A model generated the notes under the pieces. That model ran no database searches and was not told where the DNA came from. It saw only the letters and a list, made by a program, of their open reading frames with translations. Positions 9,186-17,891 of a DNA stretch of 64,000 nucleotides are shown one piece after another. The stretch's first letter is position 1. Every line of letters begins with the position of its first letter. The position numbers were made by a program, and so were the translations under genes. This stretch comes from an uncultured Bacilli bacterium (GTDB lineage: Bacteria > Bacillota_I > Bacilli_A > ML615J-28 > CAG-313): positions 4,514-68,513 of the forward strand of contig CALVCV010000002.1 in NCBI GenBank assembly GCA_944326155.1, in the 5' to 3' direction.

Positions 9186-10157
9186 TTTTTTAGGTAATTG
9201 TAAAAGTAAAAGATCAATTGCAACAGTTTTATCTAATTGACCGCTTTTAATTTTATAATCTAGTTCAGCCAGTTTATCAACATAATATTCTAAAGTTGAA
9301 AGTTGAAAAGACTTGGCTTCTTGGACAAGATAGTAGGCTTTGCCAGTTGAAACATTGTAGAATTTGGCAATATCACTTTGACTATAACCAAATTTTAATA
9401 AACGATAAGTTGATAACAATTCTTTAAATTTATTTGCAATCATTGAAAAAGTCGTCAGTGGATCTTTTGTATTATGGAATAAAGTAGTGTAGATTTGATA
9501 AGTTGTTTCTAAATCATGATTAATCATTGCTTTAATGAGATTATATATTTCATTATTAATATTTTTAGGTATTAATAATTCAATATCTTTTTTATAAATT
9601 GTACCACCTTTACCAATATAAGATATTAGTTTATTCATCTCTTGTGAAAGTCGTGCTTGATCATCACCAATATATTTTATTAAAAGATTTAGGGCATCAT
9701 CTTTGATGTCGATATTATTACTATCAAAATTTCTAACAATCCACCCCTTTATTTCAATTTCTTCAGGTTCAGGATAGTCAATGATTCTTGCTACATTCCG
9801 TAGCGTTTTATATATCTCATTGGCCTGATAGATGGGATAATTTGTGGCATCAATCATTAAAATGGTAGAGTCAAGAGGATTTTTTAAATATTTAATAAAA
9901 TTTTTAATATCTACCTTAGGTATAGTTGTAGATTTAGTTAAAAAGTTAGGATTCTTAAGGATAATAATTTTTAAATCTTCTAAAAGAGGAACAGTTATAA
10001 TATCTTCAATGACTTTGGATAAATTTGATGTATCCATATCATATTTGATAATGGTTGTTTCTTTTTTCTTAAAACTTTGAATAATTCGATTCATGCGGTT
10101 TCTAATAAAAATTTCAGAAGTTCCCGTAAATAAATAGATTAAGTCATCATCATTCAT
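9183..10157 (-). CDS. holA: DNA polymerase III delta subunit
   Basis: The 324-aa product has the N-terminal pattern ...IYLFTG.E.F... . It occupies the position between comEC/rpsT and gpr, as in B. subtilis. Confidence 0.8.
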   Translation of the reverse strand: MNDDDLIYLFTGTSEIFIRNRMNRIIQSFKKKETTIIKYDMDTSNLSKVIEDIITVPLLEDLKIIILKNPNFLTKSTTIPKVDIKNFIKYLKNPLDSTILMIDATNYPIYQANEIYKTLRNVARIIDYPEPEEIEIKGWIVRNFDSNNIDIKDDALNLLIKYIGDDQARLSQEMNKLISYIGKGGTIYKKDIELLIPKNINNEIYNLIKAMINHDLETTYQIYTTLFHNTKDPLTTFSMIANKFKELLSTYRLLKFGYSQSDIAKFYNVSTGKAYYLVQEAKSFQLSTLEYYVDKLAELDYKIKSGQLDKTVAIDLLLLQLPKK

Positions 10158-10241
10158 ATTGATTTCTCCTTTAGCATATTAATTATAGCAAAAATTACCA
10201 AAATGATAAAGTAAAAAGGCAAAAATCTTTTTTGGTTAAAA

Positions 10242-10271
10242 GCATATTTTGTAAAAAAAATACCAATACTA
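10242..10271 (+). promoter_or_regulatory. Forespore-type (sigma-F/G-like) promoter candidate for gpr
   Basis: GCATA (10242-10246), 18 nt, then AATACTA (10265-10271). Compare the sigma-G consensus GHATR-N17/18-CATXHTA. B. subtilis gpr is sigma-F/G dependent. Confidence 0.4.
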
Positions 10272-10286
10272 TTTTGAGGTGAAAAT

Positions 10287-11348
10287 ATGAATGAAAAAAA
10301 ACAAAATAAAAAAATTGTGATTGGTAGAACCGATCTAGCTAAAGATGAATATGATAAGTATCAAGCAAGTAGTTTAAATCAACTAATTGATTTTAAAAAT
10401 GAAGAATTTAATCTCAATAATATTACAGTTATTAAAAATATTATTGGAAATCAGTCGGCTTCAATTTTACAAAAACAACCAGGTAATTATTATACAATTG
10501 ATTTAAGTAATTGTGATATTCATGATACAAAAACCATCGATGATATTGAAAGAACTTTTGCAAGTACTTTAAAGGATATGTTAGAAAATTTACATTTAAC
10601 AGGTAAAAAAGCCTTTGTTGTTGGTCTTGGCAATAGCAATGTTACGCCTGACGCCATTGGGCCATATGTGATAGACAATACGATTGTGACTAGACATTTA
10701 TATTTAATTGATGCTTTATCAGAAGGGTTTTCATGTGTAAGTGCGATGTCACCTGGCGTAATGGGGTCAACAGGTATTGAAACATATGATGTGATTGAAG
10801 CAATTATAAAAAAAATTGATGTAGATTTTGTCATTGTGGTAGATGCACTAGCAACAAATGCTATAAAAAGAATCAATCGAACGATTCAATTAACAGATAG
10901 TGGAATAAAGCCAGGTTCTGGCGTAGGTAACAGCCGTAAAGAAATATCAATGAGTACCTTAGGTATTCCTGTTATTGCAATAGGTATACCAACTGTTGTT
11001 GATGCTACTACAATTACTGTAGATGCAATTCAAATGACATTAAAGTATCTTTCTTTAGAAATGGATAAAAAAACTTCTTTTGCAAATAAGTTATCTCCTA
11101 CCTTAGTATATGAAGATTTAAGTAAAGCAAAAGATTTACCAGATAGTCATAAAGAAACTTTGTTTGGCGCTTTCGGTAAGTTAACAGAAAGTGAACAAAA
11201 AACTTTAATTGAAGAAGTACTTACACCTCAAGGATATAATTTAATGGTTACCCCAAAAGAAATTGATGTAGAAGTAGAAGATTTGTCAAAAATAATTGCT
11301 AATGGTATTAATTTAGCTATGCATGTAGGTCTATATAATGGTAAATAA
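10287..11348 (+). CDS. gpr: Germination protease GPR (SASP-degrading endopeptidase)
   Basis: The GLGNSNVTPDAIGP motif, ...MSPGVMG.TGIET... and VDALA are typical of the GPR family. Confidence 0.9.
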   Translation: MNEKKQNKKIVIGRTDLAKDEYDKYQASSLNQLIDFKNEEFNLNNITVIKNIIGNQSASILQKQPGNYYTIDLSNCDIHDTKTIDDIERTFASTLKDMLENLHLTGKKAFVVGLGNSNVTPDAIGPYVIDNTIVTRHLYLIDALSEGFSCVSAMSPGVMGSTGIETYDVIEAIIKKIDVDFVIVVDALATNAIKRINRTIQLTDSGIKPGSGVGNSRKEISMSTLGIPVIAIGIPTVVDATTITVDAIQMTLKYLSLEMDKKTSFANKLSPTLVYEDLSKAKDLPDSHKETLFGAFGKLTESEQKTLIEEVLTPQGYNLMVTPKEIDVEVEDLSKIIANGINLAMHVGLYNGK

Positions 11349-11364
11349 GCATAAAATATAATGG

Positions 11365-11634
11365 GTGATTTTTATTAATTACAAAATTCTTATTGTAAGC
11401 ATATTAATTTTATTTTCATTTTTTAATAATCTTTTATTTGGATTTGAAAATTTAAAGGCTATTCATCGTACAAGTGATGTAGAATGCTTTTTGGTCAGTA
11501 TTGATTCAAATATTAAAGTCGAAAATCCTTTTTTAAGTCAGGTTAAAATAGTATATAAATATCTTGTTTTTTATCTTTTTTTCTTTGATATATCTAATCC
11601 TTCATCGGTTATTCAAATTTTAAATTATTATTAG
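11365..11634 (+). CDS. Hypothetical small membrane protein (weakly supported)
   Basis: GTG start, no convincing RBS, one hydrophobic N-terminal segment. Confidence 0.25.
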   Translation: MIFINYKILIVSILILFSFFNNLLFGFENLKAIHRTSDVECFLVSIDSNIKVENPFLSQVKIVYKYLVFYLFFFDISNPSSVIQILNYY

Positions 11635-11643
11635 TGATGAAAG

Positions 11644-11904
11644 ATGAAGAAATTAGTAATTATTTTACTTATTATTACTTTTTTTATTATGGGTTTAAAA
11701 TTGGGTGATAATAATTTTAATCAAAATCAACTTTTTGAAGAAGAAAAAAATCAGTTTGAAGAAGAAATAAAAAAACCAGATAATGAATATGATGCAATAG
11801 AATTAACACCTAAACCAAATATGGTCAATAAAGTAGCAAAAAAGTTTGATCAAACAATTGATAAATTTTTTGCAACAATTAAAAATTTTATAAAAAAACT
11901 CTAA
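11644..11904 (+). CDS. Hypothetical small membrane-anchored protein
   Basis: It starts MKKLVIILLIITFFIMGL (a TM helix) and has a charged tail. A terminator follows. Confidence 0.45.
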   Translation: MKKLVIILLIITFFIMGLKLGDNNFNQNQLFEEEKNQFEEEIKKPDNEYDAIELTPKPNMVNKVAKKFDQTIDKFFATIKNFIKKL

Positions 11905-11927
11905 GTGAAAAATACTTAGAGTTTTTT
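11895..11927 (+). terminator. Rho-independent terminator
   Basis: AAAACTCTAAGT gaaaaat ACTTAGAGTTTT. Confidence 0.8.
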
Positions 11928-12008
11928 CTTTGAGCAAAAAGGAGCAATAGGAAAAAAGAATAGTGTATAATAATGATAATAGTATTTATAAAATATGGAG
12001 AGTGCTAT

Positions 12009-12788
12009 ATGTTAGAAATATCAATTGGTATAGTAATACCATTTGTAGGTACTTGTTTAGGAGCTGCACTAGTCTTTCTAATGAAAAATAAAATCAATCA
12101 TTGTCTTGAAAAAATTTTACTTGGTTTTGCTTCAGGCGTGATGGTCGCTGCTTCTATTTGGTCTCTTTTAATTCCTGCTATTGAGCAATCAAATACTTTA
12201 CAAAAATTATCATGGTTACCAGCAACCATTGGTTTTTTAATGGGAATGGTTTTTTTGTTACTACTAGATAGTATTATCCCTCATTTACATTTAAAAAGTG
12301 AAAAACCAGAAGGTAGTAAAACCAATTTTAAAAAAACAACAATGCTCATTCTTGCGGTGGTACTACATAACATACCAGAAGGAATGGCGGTAGGAATTAC
12401 CTTTGCTAGTGCATATGCTGGTAATTTAGAAGTAACAATTTCAAGTGCTTTTGTACTTTCCATTGGAATTGCAATTCAAAATTTTCCTGAAGGTGCTATT
12501 ATTTCGCTACCTTTAAAAATGGAAGGTTTTTCCAAAACCAAATCTTTTTTTAGTGGTGTTCTATCAGGGTTTGCCGAAGTATTTGGAGCTATTGTAACAA
12601 TTTTACTTGCTCAAATTGTTGGTGCTATTATTCCTTATTTACTAGCTTTTGCAGCTGGTGCTATGGTTTATATTGTGATAGAAGAATTGATTCCTGATTC
12701 ACAAACAGGTGGGCATTCCAATCTTGCCACAATTGGTTTTGCTATTGGTTTTGTGATGATGATGATATTAGATATTGCTTTAGGATAA
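12009..12788 (+). CDS. zupT: ZIP-family divalent metal (zinc) transporter, ZupT-like
   Basis: The ORF is trimmed to MLEISIG..., which follows GGAGAG. Signatures seen are HNIPEGMAVG and QNFPEGAIIS. Confidence 0.85.
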   Translation: MLEISIGIVIPFVGTCLGAALVFLMKNKINHCLEKILLGFASGVMVAASIWSLLIPAIEQSNTLQKLSWLPATIGFLMGMVFLLLLDSIIPHLHLKSEKPEGSKTNFKKTTMLILAVVLHNIPEGMAVGITFASAYAGNLEVTISSAFVLSIGIAIQNFPEGAIISLPLKMEGFSKTKSFFSGVLSGFAEVFGAIVTILLAQIVGAIIPYLLAFAAGAMVYIVIEELIPDSQTGGHSNLATIGFAIGFVMMMILDIALG

Positions 12789-12814
12789 AATAAAAATATT
12801 GAGGAGGATATAGA

Positions 12815-13831
12815 ATGATAAAGCATATAGTGTGTTTTAAATTAAAAAATGATAGTATTGAATTACGCAACAAAACAAAAGAAATATTGCTTTCAATGAG
12901 AGGTAAAGTACCCATGTTAGTTGATATGAATGTTGGTATTGATTTTTTAGGATCACCAAGATCATATGATATCATTTTAGAAACATATTTCAACTCCAAA
13001 GAAGATTTGGATAAGTATCAGAATAACCCATATCATTGTGAAATTGTCAAAACGCATATGCATGCTAATACAACATCTAGTATTGCTGTAGACTATGAAC
13101 TTGATGAGTTTAAATATGAAATTGTTGATCACAAAATTGGCATTGATTTTTGGAATAGCAAACAAGAACTTTTTGAAAAATTTTATGGAGAATTTTATGA
13201 TTTCATTTTTCATCATGGTGGGAAACAAGATTTAGAATCGCATCAAATCTTTAACAAACAAGATTTTTATGCTTATGCTGATTGGTTTGCTGATAATCAA
13301 GATAGCTGTTATGCCATGGGTTTTTCTTTTCATAAATATTATTTAACACCATCTGAAAGTATTAAAATTGAAGATCAACCAAATACTACATTTATTGGTT
13401 ATTGCTATAAAAACCACATGTTTACGGATTTTTTAAATTTCTTAATTACCTTCTTTGCATGGTGGCGAAATGATGAGGGGTGTACAACTTTCAATCCTTA
13501 TAATCATGGTGATAAATTCTTTAATTCTTCATGGGCAGCTCTTGTTGATACATCAAAATTATTTTATTTAAATGCTCAAACGGTTTATCATTGGCAATCA
13601 TTTAGAGTAAAATATGCATTAGATCATATTCCAGGTGTGATATTAAAACATCCTATGCATAAAGAAGATACGATGAAAGTTGCAGGATATGAATTTTTAG
13701 GTTTTGAAGAAAGAGATCATGTATTATATGCACTTTTTAAAAGAAAAGATACATATAACTATTGGGAAAAAGAAGCCAAGACAATTAGTAAAGTTGAAGT
13801 TAAAAATTATAAAAAGGTTGATCCTGCATAA
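12815..13831 (+). CDS. Dabb (stress-responsive alpha/beta-barrel) domain fused to an unassigned ~240-aa domain
   Basis: Residues 1-97 (MIKHIVCFKLKN...GIDF.....YD..LE..F.S.EDL..Y...P.H) form a Dabb domain. The remainder contains the core FIGYCYKN...FFAWWRNDEG...SSWAALVDTSKLFY, which is paralogous to the C-terminus of the ORF at 41431-43146. Confidence 0.7.
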   Translation: MIKHIVCFKLKNDSIELRNKTKEILLSMRGKVPMLVDMNVGIDFLGSPRSYDIILETYFNSKEDLDKYQNNPYHCEIVKTHMHANTTSSIAVDYELDEFKYEIVDHKIGIDFWNSKQELFEKFYGEFYDFIFHHGGKQDLESHQIFNKQDFYAYADWFADNQDSCYAMGFSFHKYYLTPSESIKIEDQPNTTFIGYCYKNHMFTDFLNFLITFFAWWRNDEGCTTFNPYNHGDKFFNSSWAALVDTSKLFYLNAQTVYHWQSFRVKYALDHIPGVILKHPMHKEDTMKVAGYEFLGFEERDHVLYALFKRKDTYNYWEKEAKTISKVEVKNYKKVDPA

Positions 13832-13834
13832 AAT

Positions 13835-14620
13835 ATGAATAAAGGCTATGCATTAATTACGGGAGCAAGTAAAGGTATTGGTCTAGAAATTAGTAAATTA
13901 TTTGCAAAAGATTGTTATAATTTAGTTTTAGTAGCTAGAAGTGAAGATTTGCTTAGTGCCCTTAAAAAAGAATTAGAAAGTCAGTATAAAATTAAAATTG
14001 AACTCATAACTATCGATTTAGCTGAAAAAGATAGTGCTAGTAAGATTTATAATAAGACCAAAGAATTAGGACTTAGAGTTGACTATTTAGTAAATAATGC
14101 TGGTTTTGGTGACTATGGTGAATTTGTTGATACTTCAATGGCTAAAAATCATGATATGGTAATGGTAAATATTGTGGCGTTAATGGATTTGTGTCATTAT
14201 TTTCTTCAAGATATGAAGAGAAACAATTATGGGAAAATTTTAAATGTTGCTTCTATCGCATCGTTTATTCCGGGCCCACTAATGGCTACTTACTACGCAA
14301 CTAAAGCTTTTGTCTTATCATTTAGTGAGGCATTAAGTAAAGAATTAGCATATACTAAAATTAGTATTACAGCACTATGTCCAGGAACAACAAAGACTAA
14401 CTTTTTTGAAGTAGCAAGTGCTAGTGATAGTAGTTTGCTAAAGCATTTAAAACCCGCATCACCTATTGCGGTTGCTTTATATGGATATAAAAAAATGAAA
14501 CAAAACAAAACTATTGCTATATATGGTTTCGGTAATCGAGCAATGATTTTTGGTACACGTTTTGCACCAAGAAAATTAATTAGAGATATTGCTTATAAAA
14601 TTCAATCTAAAAGAAAATAA
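13835..14620 (+). CDS. Short-chain dehydrogenase/reductase (SDR)
   Basis: Motifs seen: TGASKGIG, NNAG, and the catalytic YYATKAF. Confidence 0.9.
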   Translation: MNKGYALITGASKGIGLEISKLFAKDCYNLVLVARSEDLLSALKKELESQYKIKIELITIDLAEKDSASKIYNKTKELGLRVDYLVNNAGFGDYGEFVDTSMAKNHDMVMVNIVALMDLCHYFLQDMKRNNYGKILNVASIASFIPGPLMATYYATKAFVLSFSEALSKELAYTKISITALCPGTTKTNFFEVASASDSSLLKHLKPASPIAVALYGYKKMKQNKTIAIYGFGNRAMIFGTRFAPRKLIRDIAYKIQSKRK

Positions 14621-14667
14621 AAAGCACAATCCCCTAGATTAAATAATAGGGGTTAATTGTGCTTTTT
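14621..14667. terminator. Bidirectional terminator
   Basis: AGCACAAT-CCCCT ... AGGGG-(tta)-ATTGTGCT is flanked by A and T runs. It overlaps the 3' end of the MATE gene. Confidence 0.65.
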
Positions 14668-16009
14668 GTTTTCTTAAGAAAGTTATATATAAAATAATTG
14701 CTACAATTGATGCGGAACAATCAACAAGAGGTTGAGAGATTACAATACCATAAATTGGTATCAAATGATTTAAGAAAATCATAATAGGAATATCGATAAT
14801 CCCTTTACGTAAAAGAATAGTAATCATTGCACGTGTTGTTTGCTGTGTTGCTTGAAAAATAGTGTTAAATAAGAAAATTAAAGTAGTTAGTGGCATACTT
14901 AAACACAAAATTCTTAAGAAGTCAGTAGCAAATTCAACAGTTTGTTCATCTTTAATAAAAATGTTAACAATTGGTCTTGGTAGAAGACTAAAAAGAATGA
15001 CACATATAACGGCAAAAAGAATCGAAACAAATAAACTAAATTTAATTACTGCATTCATTCTTTTTGTATCTTTTGAGGCAAAGTTATAGCCAATTAAAGG
15101 TAAAACACCTTGTGCAAATCCTTGAGCAAAAGCAACAACACATAAGTCTACTTTTTTAGCAATATTTACACCAGAAATGGCAGCAGCGCTATAAGTTGAC
15201 ATCAAGTGATTAATGGATGCATTGCTAAACAAAGCCATTAAAGTTAAGAAAAATCCAGAAAGGCCTGATGCTAAACTATCAAGCAATACTTTATCTCTTA
15301 CTTTTAAATTTTTAAATGAAAAATTGAGTAGAGAATCTTTTTTCGCAACAATTAAATAAATAATAAAATAGGCACATGCAAGACAATTTGAAATACAAGT
15401 GGCAATTGCGGCTCCTGTTACATCTAGATTAAAAACAAAAATAAAAATTGGGTCTAAAATAATATTGATAATGCCACCCATGGCAATACCAATACTAGCA
15501 GATTGGGATTTACCTATTGATCGAATCAAATGAGAAAGGGTGTAGTTTGTAACAGAAGGTAGAGAACCTAGTATAACAACCCAAAATAAATAATCTTTTG
15601 CAAATCCTATGGTATCTTTATCGGCACCTAGTAGATATAAGAGTGGATCATTTAATAGAAACATAAATAGTGAATAAACTATAGAGAAGATAATAGACAA
15701 CAGCAAACTGAGGGTCGCTGTTTTTTTAATTTTATCATAATTATTATTCCCAAGTGCTCTAGAAATAACACTAGCACCACCAATTCCAAGTAGATTTGAA
15801 AGGGCTGTTGTCATCATAAAAGCAGGATAACATATTGTAATAGCAGCCATTTGAAAAGTATCATTTAACTGGCCCACAAAGAAAACATCAGCCCAGTTAT
15901 AGATGATGGTAATTAGTTGACTAATAATGGTTGGAACTACTAAATACATAACAGCTTTTGGTACTTTCATCTTTTCAAATAAATATTTTTTATTTTCAGT
16001 AATAACCAT
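14639..16009 (-). CDS. MATE-family efflux transporter
   Basis: The 456-aa product has a 12-TM pattern and an N-terminus ...PTIISQL...YN.AD.FFVG typical of MATE/NorM-like proteins. Confidence 0.85.
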   Translation of the reverse strand: MVITENKKYLFEKMKVPKAVMYLVVPTIISQLITIIYNWADVFFVGQLNDTFQMAAITICYPAFMMTTALSNLLGIGGASVISRALGNNNYDKIKKTATLSLLLSIIFSIVYSLFMFLLNDPLLYLLGADKDTIGFAKDYLFWVVILGSLPSVTNYTLSHLIRSIGKSQSASIGIAMGGIINIILDPIFIFVFNLDVTGAAIATCISNCLACAYFIIYLIVAKKDSLLNFSFKNLKVRDKVLLDSLASGLSGFFLTLMALFSNASINHLMSTYSAAAISGVNIAKKVDLCVVAFAQGFAQGVLPLIGYNFASKDTKRMNAVIKFSLFVSILFAVICVILFSLLPRPIVNIFIKDEQTVEFATDFLRILCLSMPLTTLIFLFNTIFQATQQTTRAMITILLRKGIIDIPIMIFLNHLIPIYGIVISQPLVDCSASIVAIILYITFLRKQKAQLTPII

Positions 16010-16070
16010 TTTGTCATCTCCTTAGTATATTTATTTTACCATATTTACAAAAAAATATAGTCTTTTTTGT

Positions 16071-16100
16071 AAAAAAAAGTTACTCATTTAGATGAGTAAC
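16071..16100 (-). terminator. Terminator of the purine permease gene
   Basis: On the minus strand, GTTACTCAT ctaa ATGAGTAAC is followed by T8. Confidence 0.75.
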
Positions 16101-16111
16101 TTAAATAGATT

Positions 16112-17629
16112 TTAAACAGTTGGTACTAAAAAGTATACTAAGAATAATATAGTAACAACGATAGCAACAACTGAAATTTCCCATTTAGGTTTAGTTCCTT
16201 TGCCTATTGCATATTTGATTAAATCAACTAAATATGAGAGAATAGAGATAATTACAAAAGTGATTAGACCAAGACCAATGCCATCAGTAATTGAATATGC
16301 AAAAGGCATCATTGCAATTGTAATAAATGCAGGAACAGCATTTTTAGGCGATGAAAAATCAATATTTTTAACATTTGACATCATTAAAACACCAACATAT
16401 AATAAAGCACCTGCTGCTGCAGCGCTTGGAATAAAAGCAAATAATGGTAATAAGAAAATAGATAATAAGAATAAGATTGCGGCAGTTAAAGCAGTCAAGC
16501 CAGTTTTACCACCAGCAGCAACACCAGCACCTGATTCAACAAAAGTTGTAACAGTTGAAGTACCAAGTAAGGCACCTGTACAGGTAGCAATAGAGTCAGA
16601 AATCATAATTTTATCATAATTTTGAGGAACACCATTTTCATCTAATAAATTAGCATTAGCGCAGCAACCAACAACAGTACCCATTGTATCAAACATGTCA
16701 ATCATGGCAAAAGTAATAATTAACATTACGCATGTCATTAATGATCCTTCAGGAAAACTAAGTCCATTAGTAAATGTCGAAGCAAAAATACCTCCTTTAT
16801 CAGGATCAAAAGAGAAGAAGTTGCTAAAGTTTTCCCAAAATTTCCAAGTAATACCATCTTCTTCACCAGTTAAAACATCAATACTAGTAACACCTAAAGG
16901 CCAAGCTAGTAATGTTGCAGCAAGAATACCAAAAACCACAGAACCTTTAACTTTAAAATGTGAAAGAACTGCAATAACAACAAAACTAAATAAAGCAACT
17001 ACAGCTGCTCTACCATCGCCACCTTTAGCCCATGCACCCTCAGCTGTAAAATCAACAAATTGTAAAAGAGTAAAATCATTATTTTGAACAAGATGTGCAT
17101 TTTGTAAACCAATAAAAGCAATAAACAAACCAATACCAACAGGAATTGCTGAGCGAACAGGTTTAGGCATACCTGTAAAAATTAATTCTCTTAAGGTAAT
17201 TATTTTACCTGTTTGTTTATTACGACCTGCAGGTACAACTGAAAGAAGTAAGAAAATGATACCACTAATTAAAATAAGTAGCATTGCATTTCCAAAAGAA
17301 AATGTAAAGCCGAAAGCACCACCTAAAATGGAGCCAACCATCGAGTTAAGTCCCATGCCTGATGCTTGTGCAAGAGGCATTTTAGCTAGTAATGCCATTA
17401 ACAAAGTACCTATAACTGCACCAAGAGCAGTTGCAATAAACACTGATGACCAACGAACATCAGCAGTGCCATCCCATAACATTGAGTTAGGGTTAACAGT
17501 CAAGATGTAAGCCATGGCAAGGAATGTTGCAACACCTGCTAACAATTCCACTTTAATTGTTGAGCCAACTTTTGAAACGCCAAAAAAGCTGTCAAGCTTC
17601 CCAACAGATTTTTGTTTTTTGTCTTCCAT
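16112..17629 (-). CDS. pbuG: NCS2/AzgA-family guanine/hypoxanthine permease
   Basis: The N-terminus ...LDSFFGVSK.GSTIKVELLAGVATFLAMAYILTVNP is typical of PbuG/PbuO-type permeases. The gene sits behind a guanine riboswitch. Confidence 0.8.
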   Translation of the reverse strand: MEDKKQKSVGKLDSFFGVSKVGSTIKVELLAGVATFLAMAYILTVNPNSMLWDGTADVRWSSVFIATALGAVIGTLLMALLAKMPLAQASGMGLNSMVGSILGGAFGFTFSFGNAMLLILISGIIFLLLSVVPAGRNKQTGKIITLRELIFTGMPKPVRSAIPVGIGLFIAFIGLQNAHLVQNNDFTLLQFVDFTAEGAWAKGGDGRAAVVALFSFVVIAVLSHFKVKGSVVFGILAATLLAWPLGVTSIDVLTGEEDGITWKFWENFSNFFSFDPDKGGIFASTFTNGLSFPEGSLMTCVMLIITFAMIDMFDTMGTVVGCCANANLLDENGVPQNYDKIMISDSIATCTGALLGTSTVTTFVESGAGVAAGGKTGLTALTAAILFLLSIFLLPLFAFIPSAAAAGALLYVGVLMMSNVKNIDFSSPKNAVPAFITIAMMPFAYSITDGIGLGLITFVIISILSYLVDLIKYAIGKGTKPKWEISVVAIVVTILFLVYFLVPTV

Positions 17630-17703
17630 TAATGAAAGTCCTCCTTAAAAATTTTTGTTGTAAAAAGCCATAACAGCGGTGTTATTCAATTATTCAATTG
17701 TTA

Positions 17704-17768
17704 CCATAGTATTATCATTTACGGTGATAATGTAGAGACTTCTGAACCATATTATCAGAATTATATGA
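17704..17768 (-). promoter_or_regulatory. Purine riboswitch aptamer, guanine class
   Basis: The minus strand reads UCAUAUAAUUCUGAUAAUAUGGUUCAGAAGUCUCUACAUUAUCACCGUAAAUGAUAAUACUAUGG. P1, P2 and P3 and the conserved UAUAAU / AUAUGG / CUAC / CCGUAAA blocks are all present. J3/1 reads ACU, that is, C at the specificity position. Confidence 0.9.
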
Positions 17769-17781
17769 CTTTTACTCTAAT

Positions 17782-17810
17782 ATTATAATGCATAAAAAAT
17801 AAAATGTAAA
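17782..17810 (-). promoter_or_regulatory. Promoter of the riboswitch-permease unit
   Basis: On the minus strand: TTTACA (17810-17805), a 17-nt spacer, then TATAAT (17787-17782). Confidence 0.6.
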
Positions 17811-17857
17811 GTAAAATTATTTGAAAAACGTTTGCCATAAAAAAAGTTAATAATTAT

Positions 17858-17886
17858 TTGACAAAAAAATTCTTTTTTTATATAAT
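17858..17886 (+). promoter_or_regulatory. pyrG promoter
   Basis: TTGACA (17858-17863), a 17-nt spacer, then TATAAT (17881-17886). Confidence 0.75.
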
Positions 17887-17891
17887 ATTAA

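Noticed and set aside
11966-11990. A Zur/Fur box overlapping the zupT promoter (TGATAAT at 11974-11980).
   Set aside because: Only one half-site resembles the Fur-family TGATAAT.ATTATCA palindrome. The second half (GTATTTA) does not match. In DNA this AT-rich, such a match is expected by chance.
16200-17510. Antisense ORFs opposite the purine permease (16200-16619, 16695-17087, 17256-17510). Similar shadow ORFs lie opposite guaB (26347-26691), the LacI gene (47646-48062), the GHL10 genes (55985-56374, 56766-57098) and others in the track.
   Set aside because: Each lies fully inside a longer ORF on the other strand that has clear family signatures. None has an RBS or a recognisable motif. They are typical shadow frames.
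17821-17837. A cre / PurR-like palindrome (TTGAAAAACGTTTGCCA) between the divergent permease and pyrG promoters.
   Set aside because: Only an 8-bp core (AAACGTTT) is palindromic. It does not fit the 14-nt cre consensus in any register.
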